Below are positions 21,035 through 32,749 of a DNA stretch of 64,000 bases, in pieces (positions within the stretch are counted from its first letter, which is position 1; each line of letters begins with the position of its first letter). Under the pieces are notes generated by a model. The model ran no database searches and was not told where the DNA came from. It worked only from the letters and a program-made list of their open reading frames with translations. A program made the position numbers and the translations under genes. Origin of the DNA: Phycisphaerae bacterium (GTDB taxonomy: Bacteria; Planctomycetota; Phycisphaerae; SM23-33); NCBI GenBank assembly GCA_030745875.1, contig JASLNT010000006.1:10629-74628 (forward strand), written 5' to 3'.

Positions 21035-22750
21035 GTGATCAGTACACCGATTAAAGCCAGAAAACTCCAACTGGGCCAGCTCCTGGTCCGTAGAGGCGTA
21101 CTTACCGAGGAGCAGGTCAGTGAGGCTCTCGAATACCAGCGAGCTGCAGAAGGAGCCTTGTTGCTGGGCGAAGTACTGCTCAAGCTCAAACTGTGCACTG
21201 AAGAGCAGATTATGGAGTCTCTCGCCGAGGGCTGTGAGGTTCCATTCGCACACGTCACACCGAAAATCGCCGACGCCAAGGTAATCGAACTGCTTCCCAG
21301 AGAGTTCCTTGAGAAGCACACCGTACTGCCGTTGTTCAGGATTCGAGATCAGTTGATTCTGGCGGTTACGGAACCGGCCAACGTGTTTCTCATTGAGGAA
21401 GTGCAGCGACTGACCGGATGCGAGGTGGTCATTGTCTGCACGACGGGCAAGGACATCTCAGCGACGCTTGAGAACCACCTCCCGTCGGCTAACGTTTTTG
21501 TAATCGATGAAATATTCGACGAGTCCGACGCGAGTGAATTGTCGCTCGTCGAAGAGAAGATCGAAGACATAACCGACATTGAGGCCGCCGCCGACGGGTC
21601 TCCGGTTATAAAGCTCGTGAACTATCTGGTCTTTCACGCCGTTCGGGAAGGGGCCTCCGACATACATGTGGAGCCGGACGAAAACGCGCTGCGCGTACGG
21701 TATCGCGTGGACGGATCGCTGTATGAGAAGATACGTCCGCCCCACAAGATGTTGCCCGCCATATCAAGCCGCATCAAGATCATGGCCGGGCTCGACATCG
21801 CCGAACGCCGACTGCCGCAGGACGGTGGAATTCACGTGATGATGGACGGGCGCCCGATCGACCTGCGAGTCTCAACCATGCCCGGGCAGCACGGTGAGAA
21901 GATCGTAATTCGCGTGATCGACAACAGAAGCATAATGGTGAACCTCGAGAAGCTGGGGTTCAGCTACGAGATGCTCAAGCAATGGCAGAAGATCATTGGG
22001 GCTCCCAACGGGATCGTTCTGGTCACTGGGCCCACCGGTTCGGGCAAGAGCACGACGCTCTATAGCGTCCTGAAGGAACTCAACAGCGACGATGTCAACA
22101 TCTGCACGGTTGAGGATCCGGTGGAGTTCAACTTGAAGGGCGTTAACCAGTTTCAGGTTAACGAGCGAATTGGTTTCTCATTCGCCTCGTCGCTGCGGGG
22201 CCTGTTGAGGCAGGATCCCGATATCGTGATGATTGGCGAAATCCGCGACGATGAAACCGCCTGCATCGCCGTCCAGGCGGCGCTTACCGGACACCTGGTG
22301 CTCTCGACTCTTCACACCAATAACGCGCCCGGCGCTATTACGCGTCTGATGAACGTGGGCGTCGAACCGTACCTGGTGGCGGCGTCGCTGGTGGGGGTCC
22401 TGGCACAGAGGCTGGTCCGCAAGATCTGCACGAGCTGTAAGGAAGCGTACGACCCTCCAGAGAACATTCGACGCGTCGTAGAGAAGATGGCCGGCGCGGT
22501 GGAGACGTTCTATCGGGGCAATGGTTGCCCGAAATGCCGCAATACCGGTTTTTCCGGGCGTATCGGAATATACGAGTTGCTGGTGCTCACCGATGATCTG
22601 CGACACAGAATCAGCGAAAATGTGTCAGTAGACGACATTCGCAAGGCGGCCATTGACTGCGGTATGACGATACTGCGGCAGGACGGCATGGACAAGGTCA
22701 AAGCAGGAATCACGACGGTTGAGGAAGTCCTGAGTGTGACGACGGGATGA
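21035..22750 (+). CDS. pilB: type II/IV secretion ATPase GspE/PilB
   Basis: N-terminal T2SSE_N, Walker A LVTGPTGSGKSTTLYS, tetracysteine CTSC...CPKC. Confidence 0.9.
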   Translation: MISTPIKARKLQLGQLLVRRGVLTEEQVSEALEYQRAAEGALLLGEVLLKLKLCTEEQIMESLAEGCEVPFAHVTPKIADAKVIELLPREFLEKHTVLPLFRIRDQLILAVTEPANVFLIEEVQRLTGCEVVIVCTTGKDISATLENHLPSANVFVIDEIFDESDASELSLVEEKIEDITDIEAAADGSPVIKLVNYLVFHAVREGASDIHVEPDENALRVRYRVDGSLYEKIRPPHKMLPAISSRIKIMAGLDIAERRLPQDGGIHVMMDGRPIDLRVSTMPGQHGEKIVIRVIDNRSIMVNLEKLGFSYEMLKQWQKIIGAPNGIVLVTGPTGSGKSTTLYSVLKELNSDDVNICTVEDPVEFNLKGVNQFQVNERIGFSFASSLRGLLRQDPDIVMIGEIRDDETACIAVQAALTGHLVLSTLHTNNAPGAITRLMNVGVEPYLVAASLVGVLAQRLVRKICTSCKEAYDPPENIRRVVEKMAGAVETFYRGNGCPKCRNTGFSGRIGIYELLVLTDDLRHRISENVSVDDIRKAAIDCGMTILRQDGMDKVKAGITTVEEVLSVTTG

Positions 22751-22796
22751 TGCGTCGCGTGCGTGCTCGCAGATCGAGCACGCTGAGAGGATAAAT

Positions 22797-24017
22797 ATGG
22801 CGGAATTTGCATATAAAGTCAGGGACGAAACGGGAACTTTCGGCAGCGGTACGCTGCAGGCCGACAACGTCTCACACGCCACCCGCATCCTCAAGGGTGA
22901 AGGCAAGGCGATCGTCTCGCTCCAGGAGGACTTCGGCCAATACGCCAGCGAAGAGACCCCGTTGCTCGGTGGGATCAAAAAGGTCAAGAAGGACGACGTG
23001 ATCTTTTTTGCGGCCCAGTTGGCGGTAATGGTTGACACTGGCGTTCCCCTGAGTGAAGCGCTGGATATGATAGGCTCTCAGACCGACCACACAGGTCTCA
23101 AGAAGCTGCTGGCCGAAGTGTCGGAAGACGTTAAGGGGGGAATGGAGTTCTCCAGCGCATTGGAGAAACACCCCAGGCAATTCGACACGTTGTTTGTGTC
23201 GTTAATGCGCGCTTCAGAGGCGTCGGGTACGATGGGGCCAATGCTCCAGCGAGTCAGCGACTACATGGAGGAGCAGCGCAAGACGCGAAAGCGCATCAAG
23301 GGCGCAATGATATATCCGTCCTGCATGCTGGGTTTCTGCGTGGTTATCATCATTTGCCTGCTTGTATTCGTGTTGCCCAAGTTTGAGAAGATATACGCCG
23401 GTAAAAAGGCCGTCCTGCCCGCTCCCACGCGATTCCTGCTTGGCATAAGCCACGGTGTTACGGATTACTGGCCTTACCTGTTGGGCGGTCTGGTGGTCGG
23501 CGTAACCGGATTGGTGATGTATGTGCGCACCCCCGGGGGACAACAGGCCCTGGACACATTTCGCATACGCATGCCGATAATGGGAGGCATGTTTCGCAAG
23601 GCGTGTCTCGCCAGATCGCTGCGATGTCTCTCTACGATGGTCAGCACGGGCGTAAGTATGATCGAGGGGCTTGACATTACTTCGCGCGTGTCGGGAAATC
23701 GCCACTACAAAGCCGTATGGGACAACGTCGCCGAAGGCGTTAAGGAGGGGTCGAATCTTTCTGACGGACTCATTGACTCCCCGTTAATTCCAGGCAATGT
23801 CTGCCAGATGATAAGCGCAGGCGAGAAGTCGGGCAAGCTGGGCATGGTCATGGATCGCGTCGCGCGATTCTGTGAAGACGACCTCAAAGTTGCGGTAAAA
23901 GCCATTACCGACATGATCGAACCGGCGATGATCATAATCATGGGTTTGATCGTCGGCGGGATCGCAATGGCGTTGCTCCTGCCGGTCTTCAAGATGTCCA
24001 AGGTCGCCGGCCACTAG
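22797..24017 (+). CDS. pilC: type II secretion / type IV pilus platform protein GspF/PilC
   Basis: Two GspF repeats, 3 TM, 406 aa. Confidence 0.9.
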   Translation: MAEFAYKVRDETGTFGSGTLQADNVSHATRILKGEGKAIVSLQEDFGQYASEETPLLGGIKKVKKDDVIFFAAQLAVMVDTGVPLSEALDMIGSQTDHTGLKKLLAEVSEDVKGGMEFSSALEKHPRQFDTLFVSLMRASEASGTMGPMLQRVSDYMEEQRKTRKRIKGAMIYPSCMLGFCVVIIICLLVFVLPKFEKIYAGKKAVLPAPTRFLLGISHGVTDYWPYLLGGLVVGVTGLVMYVRTPGGQQALDTFRIRMPIMGGMFRKACLARSLRCLSTMVSTGVSMIEGLDITSRVSGNRHYKAVWDNVAEGVKEGSNLSDGLIDSPLIPGNVCQMISAGEKSGKLGMVMDRVARFCEDDLKVAVKAITDMIEPAMIIIMGLIVGGIAMALLLPVFKMSKVAGH

Positions 24018-24077
24018 TTGCGACTCCAAAGATTCCGATACAGGTCAGTTCTTTCCACCAACGCGCACGTTCTGTAG

Positions 24078-25357
<1,280 letters not shown>

Positions 25358-25369
<12 letters not shown>

Positions 25370-26260
25370 CGGTCTTGTTGTCGGTTGCGCAGTTGCAGTC
25401 CGACGCCCGAAAAGTCGGACCTCGCCGGACTTGAGACTCACCAAAAGTTTCCCCGACATGTGAATAACGCCTTCGTCCTGCGACATCTCGTCCATGTTGT
25501 AATACAGCGGTACGCTGTGGGGCTCCGGTATTTCGAAACGAGTGTCTCGCAGGCACGAAACCAACAGCAGTCTTTCGTCGTCGCCAAGTGTTTGTCGCAC
25601 GACGGTTGGTTCAAGGCTTGCGGCCAGCCACAGGCCCGCTCCCGCTGCTATAACCGTGACGCAGGCGATGGCAATTCGCCATGCGGGGCGACGTATCAGG
25701 ATACTCGCCCCGAGCAACACGCAAGCCAGAGTTGCCGCCGCAAACACGTTCTGCAGCGTGCGATTCGACCAGACCGGGGGGAGGTAATCCCCATCATCGT
25801 ACGCCTCGGGATCAAGGAAGGCCTGTGCGGTGACCATTTCCGCCGGCCAATCAATCGTCAGGTTAAACTCTGCAACAAGAGGCGATATGGCTGTCTTGCC
25901 AGCCAGCAGGCGAACCGTGTAGGAATCCTCGGCGGACATTGCAGGCAGCGAGACGCTGATGTTCCGGGCGGGCGCCTGAGGCGGGATCGTAATGTTGAAG
26001 AGCATTGTGGGCCCGCCGCGCGTCGAGCGGATAGTAATGCAGCGGATAACGTCGGGCTTCTGACTTCCAGTCGAATCGTACTGCACCGTCAGATTCGCCC
26101 GACGATATGGGAACTCCGAGCCGTCGGGAGATTCTTCGCGATGCAGCGAAACGCGAATCGGTGCGTCGTCGGCGGGCGATGTCGTCTGCGCCATAGCTGT
26201 GTGTGTCGCAAGAAACACAACTGCGCAAAGTCCGGGTATTCGCATTTGGTTTATCTTCAC
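25358..26260 (-). CDS. secreted/membrane hypothetical protein (signal peptide plus a late TM)
   Basis: Signal peptide LCAVVFLATHTAMAQ; overlaps upstream GDE gene by 4 nt (operon). Confidence 0.5.
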
Positions 26261-28272
26261 ATCGCCTCCCGATAAGTCTTCACCAGGCGTTTGGCCCGGA
26301 GCAACTCAGCCATCGACCACGCCTGGGCGACACAGCCCCTCGGCGAGTGCGGGGGATCGCCGTCAAATATCTCACTGACATAACCCAGTGCTGCTTCGGA
26401 AAGATGTTCGTCGAATTGCCCCAGCCATTTGTCGGCCTGCTCGACAGCTTCCGGCTGGTCGGCGTGAACCTTCAAGTACGCCTCGATGAACGGTCCGATA
26501 AGCCACGCCCAGACCGTGCCCTGATGATACGCGCGGTCGCGCTGCTGGAGGGAGCCTTCGTAGCTGCCGGTGTAGCACGGATCTTCAGGCGACAACGTGC
26601 GCAAACCGCGGGGGGTAAGCAAATGTTGCTGGACAGTTTCGACGACCGCCTGGCGCTGCGGGGGGCGCAGAGGACTGTGCGGCAGGGAGACTGCGAGTAT
26701 CTGGTTCGGGCGAATCGAGGCGTCCATCATGTCGTCGTTGATGCAATCGTAAAGGCATTGGCGGTCGTCGTTCCAAAATGCCCGCTCAAACGCCGGTGCG
26801 ATTACGTCGGCCAGGTCGGCGTAATGTCGTCCGAGGCGTTCATCCACTCCCTCGCAACGATGCGCCATTATCCGGTGAGCGCTGTACCACAGGGCGTTAA
26901 TCTCGACAGCTTTACCGTAGCGGGGAGTAACCGTCTCGGAGTCCAGGGCGGCGTCCATCCATGTAAGTTGCGTATTCTCCGTTCCGCCCGTCAGGAGCCC
27001 GTCCGCATCGGCGTGGATATCGAATGAGGCGCCTTCGCGGTACGTTTGGAGAATGGTGTCGCACACCGCCAACAGAGTATCCTTCCAGAAGGACACGTCA
27101 CCGCTGGCCTGGACGTACCGTTCGGCGGCAATGATAAACCACAGCGACGCGTCGATGCTGTTGTAGTGCGGCGAGGCTCCGTAATCGTCAAAACAGTTCG
27201 GGATCATACCGTTTGACAAATACTGCGCGAAGGTCTTAAACACTTTGCGCGCTCGCGAAAACCGTTTGGTGGCCAGCAAAAGTCCGGGCAGCGCGATGAA
27301 CGTATCGCGACCCCAGTCGGCGAACCAATGGAATCCGGCGAGGATAGTCGTCGAGGACGGCGCGTTGGGAAAATCGCGATTGACCACGAAAATGTCGCCC
27401 GTAACGGCAAGCATGCGTGAGATCTCGTCAGCATCCGGACCAACAGAGGCGGCCAACTCCGCCCTCCGCTCTGATCGCCGCTGAAGCGTCGCCTCGAAAT
27501 CGAAGCTCACGGGCCCGTCCAACGCTGCTGTCAAACAGCAACTGCGTCCGTCGTCCAGAGCGTATGTGAATGTTCCGGGGCGGTAGAGGTCTTCGTCTGC
27601 GTCCTGCCTGCGAATCGCTTCATTGCGGTAATGAAAACTGTACCACCAATCGGGAGACGCCTGGAACTGTCCGTCGTGGCCCATCAAATGCAGCGTGTGG
27701 GTCGGGTCGGCGGAATCCTGGACCACCGCACCGGAGTCAGTAGTCTTGAAGGTCAACTGGTTTTCGGGCGACGAGTGACGCAAATGGTGGAAATCCCGCA
27801 GTGCGGTGAATGGCGACAATACCAGTCGCCCGGAACCGCCTCGCAGCGTGTAGCGCAGGGTTACGGCGTTGGCGGCCTCTGCGAGGAGGATTTCCTTGGT
27901 CAAAACGCCATCGCCGATACGGTAGACAAACGTGACGGCCGCCTCATTGCGGAACTCCGTAAGAAGGTCGACACCCATTGGCGAGAAGACCGCATCGAAC
28001 TCATTGGTCGCCAGTTCATAGCAGTCTCGATCCGTCTCGATGCGTTCCATCACCGTTGACAGCATCATCATCCTGCCCACCGGAGGGGTTGTGGCGGCTA
28101 TAAGGAGCCCGTGGTATCTGCGCGTATTGCATGAGGCCAGAGTGCCCGAGGCGAAGGCTCCGAGACGATTTCCCACCAGCCACTCGCGGGCAAGGAGCGA
28201 TTCGATCTGCTGGTTACTGCAGTCGACAACCGCAGCTGTCTGCAATGGTTCTGTTGAGTTCGCGGGGGTCAT
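26257..28272 (-). CDS. glycogen debranching enzyme (amylo-alpha-1,6-glucosidase, GDE_N_bis + GDE_C type)
   Basis: EWLVGNRLGAFASGTLASCNTRRYHGLL N-terminal signature; 671 aa. Confidence 0.8.
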   Translation of the reverse strand: MTPANSTEPLQTAAVVDCSNQQIESLLAREWLVGNRLGAFASGTLASCNTRRYHGLLIAATTPPVGRMMMLSTVMERIETDRDCYELATNEFDAVFSPMGVDLLTEFRNEAAVTFVYRIGDGVLTKEILLAEAANAVTLRYTLRGGSGRLVLSPFTALRDFHHLRHSSPENQLTFKTTDSGAVVQDSADPTHTLHLMGHDGQFQASPDWWYSFHYRNEAIRRQDADEDLYRPGTFTYALDDGRSCCLTAALDGPVSFDFEATLQRRSERRAELAASVGPDADEISRMLAVTGDIFVVNRDFPNAPSSTTILAGFHWFADWGRDTFIALPGLLLATKRFSRARKVFKTFAQYLSNGMIPNCFDDYGASPHYNSIDASLWFIIAAERYVQASGDVSFWKDTLLAVCDTILQTYREGASFDIHADADGLLTGGTENTQLTWMDAALDSETVTPRYGKAVEINALWYSAHRIMAHRCEGVDERLGRHYADLADVIAPAFERAFWNDDRQCLYDCINDDMMDASIRPNQILAVSLPHSPLRPPQRQAVVETVQQHLLTPRGLRTLSPEDPCYTGSYEGSLQQRDRAYHQGTVWAWLIGPFIEAYLKVHADQPEAVEQADKWLGQFDEHLSEAALGYVSEIFDGDPPHSPRGCVAQAWSMAELLRAKRLVKTYREAM

Positions 28273-28478
28273 AGGTTACTCATCGGCACGTCGTATATCC
28301 TAATTATAGGTGATTATGAATCGCAAATGGAGCCCCATAAACGAATCGAGTGCAAACTGCGGCCAACGGTTGCCCGGAAGAGTCTGGAGTTTATGGAACT
28401 TGCATGCGGCTGTAAGCGTCGTATTATGTACGGATAGATCTATTTAATTCATGTAGCGGCGTTGAGAGAAGACGGACT

Positions 28479-30383
28479 ATGCATATAAGCAAAATGAACG
28501 TGCGGCTTGTTCGATTGGCGGCGGCTGCGGCGATGCTGGGTTTGATGCTGGACTGCGCCCCGGGCGGTCCGCCAAGCGGCAAGAAACCGGGACTGCACAT
28601 AAAGCAGGCCTCTACGGTTAACTTCCGGTCCAGCAGCTATCACGTGATGACCGATTCGGGCGGTGGTCGCTGGGATATCCAGTATTACGGGTCCGTGTAC
28701 CGCGGTTTGTCATACTGTTATTCCGGTGGGATGTATCTTCAGGTGGGCGGGACGAATTTCCAGGCCTCAAACTACCAGGGATGGGTCAATAAGGAAGGTG
28801 AACTCGAACTTGGCCCATGGAAACGAAACAACCTGACCGTCTACCGGCGCATCAAGGCGTACAAGGATCACCCGCTTGCCAGGTGGCTGGATATTCTGGA
28901 GAACCCGACGGCATCGGCGATTACAGTGCAGGTGTCGATATACACCAACGTTCGGTATTCGGTTTCGCAGTCAAAGACAAGCAGCGGGAACAAAACGTTC
29001 GGAGCCAAGGATTGGGCGATATGGACCAAAGGCTCAAGTTCAAGAAGCATTCCCACGCTTCACGTCATGACGAGTCCCGAGGCGAGAGTCCGCCCGTCGG
29101 TCAGCGTATCCAGCAGCCAGATATACTCTCGCTACAACCTGACCATACCGCCGGGCAAGACCGTAGTGCTATGCCATTTCGAAGCGCAGAACCGCGACCC
29201 GAACAAACTCGAGAAATTGATGAAGGAGTTCCCGACCAAAGCGCTCCTGAAAGATCTGCCCGGGTCGGTGCGCAGGATGATCCTGAACATCAAAGCCGGC
29301 GGTTGGATAGAAGGAGTCGACCTCGAAAGACACGCCAAGTCCGACCGGGTTGTGTTGGCTAACGGCGATCTTATGCTTGGGACTGTCGGCAACAAGTCGT
29401 TCAAGATATCGACGCTGTTGGGCGATATGGACCTGCCCGCAGGCGAGTTGCTGGGCATGGTTACGGGCAAGAAGGGGCAATTGCGGTTTGTTATGACCAA
29501 CGGTCAGGTTATCGGCGGGTGGGGCCAGGGCGTCAAGCTGGACCTGTCGCTGCCCAGCGGAGGCAAACTCAGTATTCCGATCGAGAAGATCAAACAGTGG
29601 TCCTATCATATCAGCAAGGAAAGACCCGACGACTTGGCTGAGCTCGGACCGTACGTGGCGCTCAATACGGGCGATATTCTTGCTATCAAGACCGACCCGG
29701 ACGCGACTAAACTCAGCCTCCAGACGAAGTACGGGCGGATCGAACTGAACCCCGCCGAGTTGCTTGAGATTACCCGCAATGAGCGAAAGGGCGCCAAGAC
29801 CGCGTATCTGGCTTCGTTTGCGAACGGTTCCGAGGTCTCCGGGGATTTCGAAAGCGAGAAATTGCCTTTGCAGCTCAAGCTCGGGGCGCGGAGGGTGGAC
29901 GTTCCGCGAGACAAAGTGGACCTGATGTTCTTCAGCGAAGACAACAAGCCCGAGCCTGGAGCCTGCGAGATGATCCTGGACAACTCCGACAGACTTCTGG
30001 GGTCGATCAGCGACAAGGTATACCGCCTGGCTACGGACTTCGGCGAGGCTGAAGTAGCGGCTGACAAGTTCAAGCGACTCACCTTTAAGAGATCCAAGCC
30101 TGACGGACCGGTGGTTGCGATAGTCGAAATGCTGAACGGGACGATCCTTCGCGGCCGCCTGGACAAGAATAAGATCGGCTTCAAGGTTGGCTCGAGCATA
30201 AAGACGGGCATCCCCGCGGGAATCATAACATCGCTAACGCGTCCTGACCCGGTTGCCGGCTCGGACGACAAGGCAAAGCCCCCGCCGCCCCCAGCGCCTC
30301 CGATGCCCGCAATTCCCGGTATACGCGTACTAAACGCCCGGGAAGGCGCCGTCAGGTTGAATCAGGTGTTGGACCGCAGTTAA
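28479..30383 (+). CDS. secreted hypothetical protein with Pro-rich C-terminus
   Basis: Signal peptide LVRLAAAAAMLGLMLDCAPG; C-terminal KAKPPPPPAPPMPAIPG. Confidence 0.55.
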   Translation: MHISKMNVRLVRLAAAAAMLGLMLDCAPGGPPSGKKPGLHIKQASTVNFRSSSYHVMTDSGGGRWDIQYYGSVYRGLSYCYSGGMYLQVGGTNFQASNYQGWVNKEGELELGPWKRNNLTVYRRIKAYKDHPLARWLDILENPTASAITVQVSIYTNVRYSVSQSKTSSGNKTFGAKDWAIWTKGSSSRSIPTLHVMTSPEARVRPSVSVSSSQIYSRYNLTIPPGKTVVLCHFEAQNRDPNKLEKLMKEFPTKALLKDLPGSVRRMILNIKAGGWIEGVDLERHAKSDRVVLANGDLMLGTVGNKSFKISTLLGDMDLPAGELLGMVTGKKGQLRFVMTNGQVIGGWGQGVKLDLSLPSGGKLSIPIEKIKQWSYHISKERPDDLAELGPYVALNTGDILAIKTDPDATKLSLQTKYGRIELNPAELLEITRNERKGAKTAYLASFANGSEVSGDFESEKLPLQLKLGARRVDVPRDKVDLMFFSEDNKPEPGACEMILDNSDRLLGSISDKVYRLATDFGEAEVAADKFKRLTFKRSKPDGPVVAIVEMLNGTILRGRLDKNKIGFKVGSSIKTGIPAGIITSLTRPDPVAGSDDKAKPPPPPAPPMPAIPGIRVLNAREGAVRLNQVLDRS

Positions 30384-30403
30384 GAATCGCCTGCTGAGGT
30401 CGG

Positions 30404-31204
30404 TTATCTGGACTGAGTCAGCAGCATCGTAAGAATGCCCGCAAAGGCGCACAACGCGGCGAAAATGCTGCACGCCAGCGCCAGGACCACCAGCGTTGTA
30501 AGCTTGCCCGTGCGTCCCTCGACAACCTTGGTGAGTTCCTTCACGTCTTTGGCGATTTCGGCGGCGGCGTGCGCTGTTCCGTCGTCGGAACCGGCCGGGG
30601 CGTTCTCAACGGCGGTCTTCAACTCTTGAAGGGATTCCTTGAACTCCTGGAAGTCGGGTCCGCCAACCGGTTCAGGCGAGTTGGCGAGCCCATCTCTGAT
30701 CGCGGCAAGTTGCTCTTTGATCTGCGCGAGATCGGCGGGGTCTGTCCCGGCGGCGCCTCCAGCCGACAGCGCCTTGAGAGCCGCCGCCATGCGATTATTT
30801 GTCGAGGCGATGCTGTCGGAGGATCGCTGGACGTTTTCAGCCGCCGCAGCGAGTTTTGCATAAGCGAGCTTGAAAGTGTTGTCGATGGCGGACCTAGTGT
30901 GCTTCCCGGACAACGAGACGGTTTTGGACGCGTTTTCCAGCACCGAAATAACGTTTGTCAGCAGTTCCAACCCGCGCTGCGATCTGGCCCGCGCCTCGCC
31001 GACGGTCTGCGGGGGTTTGGGCTGGTCGGGCTGAGATGCGGATGCAACGGCGGCGCCTTTGGCGGTGGTGGGGGCCTTTGCGGCTGCGACAAGGTCGGGA
31101 ACGGACGTCGTCGCGTCGGCCGCATGGCTTGCCAACTGGCCCAGTGCGTCGGCCTGCGACTGTTTATTGGATTTCGGATCAACCATTACGCATTTCTCCC
31201 GCAC
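30404..31204 (-). CDS. tail-anchored coiled-coil protein (C-terminal TM)
   Basis: Ala/Gln-rich helical body, single C-terminal TM LTTLVVLALACSIFAALCAFAGILTMLL; 49 nt downstream of flotillin gene. Confidence 0.5.
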   Translation of the reverse strand: MREKCVMVDPKSNKQSQADALGQLASHAADATTSVPDLVAAAKAPTTAKGAAVASASQPDQPKPPQTVGEARARSQRGLELLTNVISVLENASKTVSLSGKHTRSAIDNTFKLAYAKLAAAAENVQRSSDSIASTNNRMAAALKALSAGGAAGTDPADLAQIKEQLAAIRDGLANSPEPVGGPDFQEFKESLQELKTAVENAPAGSDDGTAHAAAEIAKDVKELTKVVEGRTGKLTTLVVLALACSIFAALCAFAGILTMLLTQSR

Positions 31205-31252
31205 AGGCGTTGATCTGGCCTGCAGGCGTGCAACTATGGAGTGTGATTAGTT

Positions 31253-32749
31253 CTACTTCTGATCGGTTTCAGGAGCCTTCTTGGGCTGCGGTTTGGTTTT
31301 GGCGGGGGCGTCTGAAGCGGTCTTACCGAGGTACTCGGGCAGGTCCAGCCCGACCTGTCTAGCCAGTTCGTGCATCGGAGGGAGCGCGCCCATGAGCCTT
31401 TGTCCGAGTCCCGACATGCCCTGTGAATCTCCGCCTCCGTCCCAGACGATGATCTTCTCGATGGGCAGCGATTGTATGGCCTTGGCCTGGATGTCCGCGA
31501 CATCGGTGAGTTTTTCGACGATGAGCAGTGACGCCAGTTGTTGTGCTCCCTGACACGAACTGACGAGATTCGCGTAACCCTGGGCTTTTCCATCGAGTAT
31601 CGCCTGTATGCCTTTGGCTTCTGCGGTCATTTTGGCGAGCATGGCTTCGGCTTGACCTTCGGCGATTCGGATCGCCTGCTGCTTCTGTGCGTCGGCGGCG
31701 ATGACGACTTTTTCTCTTTGTGCGTTTGCGGGCACTACAATCTCGGCGTTGAGGCGAGCTTCTTCGCGTTGGGCGCGGGCTTCTTCGGCGGCTTTTTCGG
31801 CTTCTTCCTGTGCGACACGAATGGCTCCGTCGGCTTTTCTGGCTGCAGATTCCGCGCGGTTTCTGGCCTGCTGTTCGGCGACATTCTGGTTGGCGCGGTA
31901 TTCGGCTTTCTTGGCGTCGGCCTCGGTTTCGGCGCTGACGGCTTCAGCTTCGAGGGCTGCGACCTGTTGGCGCCTGCTGCGGTCGGCTCCGGCTTCACCG
32001 ATATCGGCGGTGGCGTTGGCGTCGGCTACTGCGACGCGAGTGTCTCTCTGTCGTTCTGCGACACCTGTCTGACCGGACTTTTCCTGTTCGGCGACGTCGA
32101 TGTTCGCCTGGTTGATGGCTTCGGCGGCGGCTTTTCGCCCGAGGGCGGTGATGTAGCCCGACTCGTCCTCGATATCGCGGATATTAACGTTGATCAAGTA
32201 CAATCCGATCTTCTCCAACTCCATCGACACCGCCTCGTTGACCTTACCGAGGAACGCCTGCCTGTCGCGATTGATCTCTTCGATTTTCATCGTTGCGATT
32301 ACCGCACGCATCTGTCCGAGAATAATGTCCTGGGCCTGGGCCTGGATCTGCCCGCGCGACAGCGCCAACAGACGCACCGCCGCATTCTGCATGATTCCCG
32401 CCTGATTGCTGATCGCAGCGGTCACCGTGGTGGGTACGGTAACGCGGATGTTCTCCTGCGACAGGGCGTTGGTCAGGTCGATCGGAACTACGAACGGTTC
32501 GAGTTCAAGGTAGTCGTACGCCTGAATGAGCGGCCAGACGAACGCCGCCCCGCCGTGAACACACTTTGCCGCTCCGCTTCCAGTCTTACCGTAGATGACA
32601 AGAATCCTGTTCGATGGGCAGCGTTTGTATCGCTGGGCGAAGAACATCACCACGCCGATAACCACAACCGCCAGAATAATCAGCAGTATGACGGCTGTTG
32701 GTACTCCGTCTCCTGCTGCCAGTACAGTCGATGTAATAATGCTGCTCAT
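31253..32749 (-). CDS. flotillin-like SPFH/band-7 protein (YqiK/FloT type)
   Basis: N-terminal TM, SPFH domain, long EA-rich coiled coil (AEQEK...AEEARAQREEARLNAE). Confidence 0.85.
   Translation of the reverse strand: MSSIITSTVLAAGDGVPTAVILLIILAVVVIGVVMFFAQRYKRCPSNRILVIYGKTGSGAAKCVHGGAAFVWPLIQAYDYLELEPFVVPIDLTNALSQENIRVTVPTTVTAAISNQAGIMQNAAVRLLALSRGQIQAQAQDIILGQMRAVIATMKIEEINRDRQAFLGKVNEAVSMELEKIGLYLINVNIRDIEDESGYITALGRKAAAEAINQANIDVAEQEKSGQTGVAERQRDTRVAVADANATADIGEAGADRSRRQQVAALEAEAVSAETEADAKKAEYRANQNVAEQQARNRAESAARKADGAIRVAQEEAEKAAEEARAQREEARLNAEIVVPANAQREKVVIAADAQKQQAIRIAEGQAEAMLAKMTAEAKGIQAILDGKAQGYANLVSSCQGAQQLASLLIVEKLTDVADIQAKAIQSLPIEKIIVWDGGGDSQGMSGLGQRLMGALPPMHELARQVGLDLPEYLGKTASDAPAKTKPQPKKAPETDQK

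Noticed and set aside
26203-27027. 274-aa plus-strand ORF inside the glycogen debranching enzyme gene (opposite strand), plus 25385..26275
   Set aside because: Antisense to well-supported minus-strand genes; no motifs.
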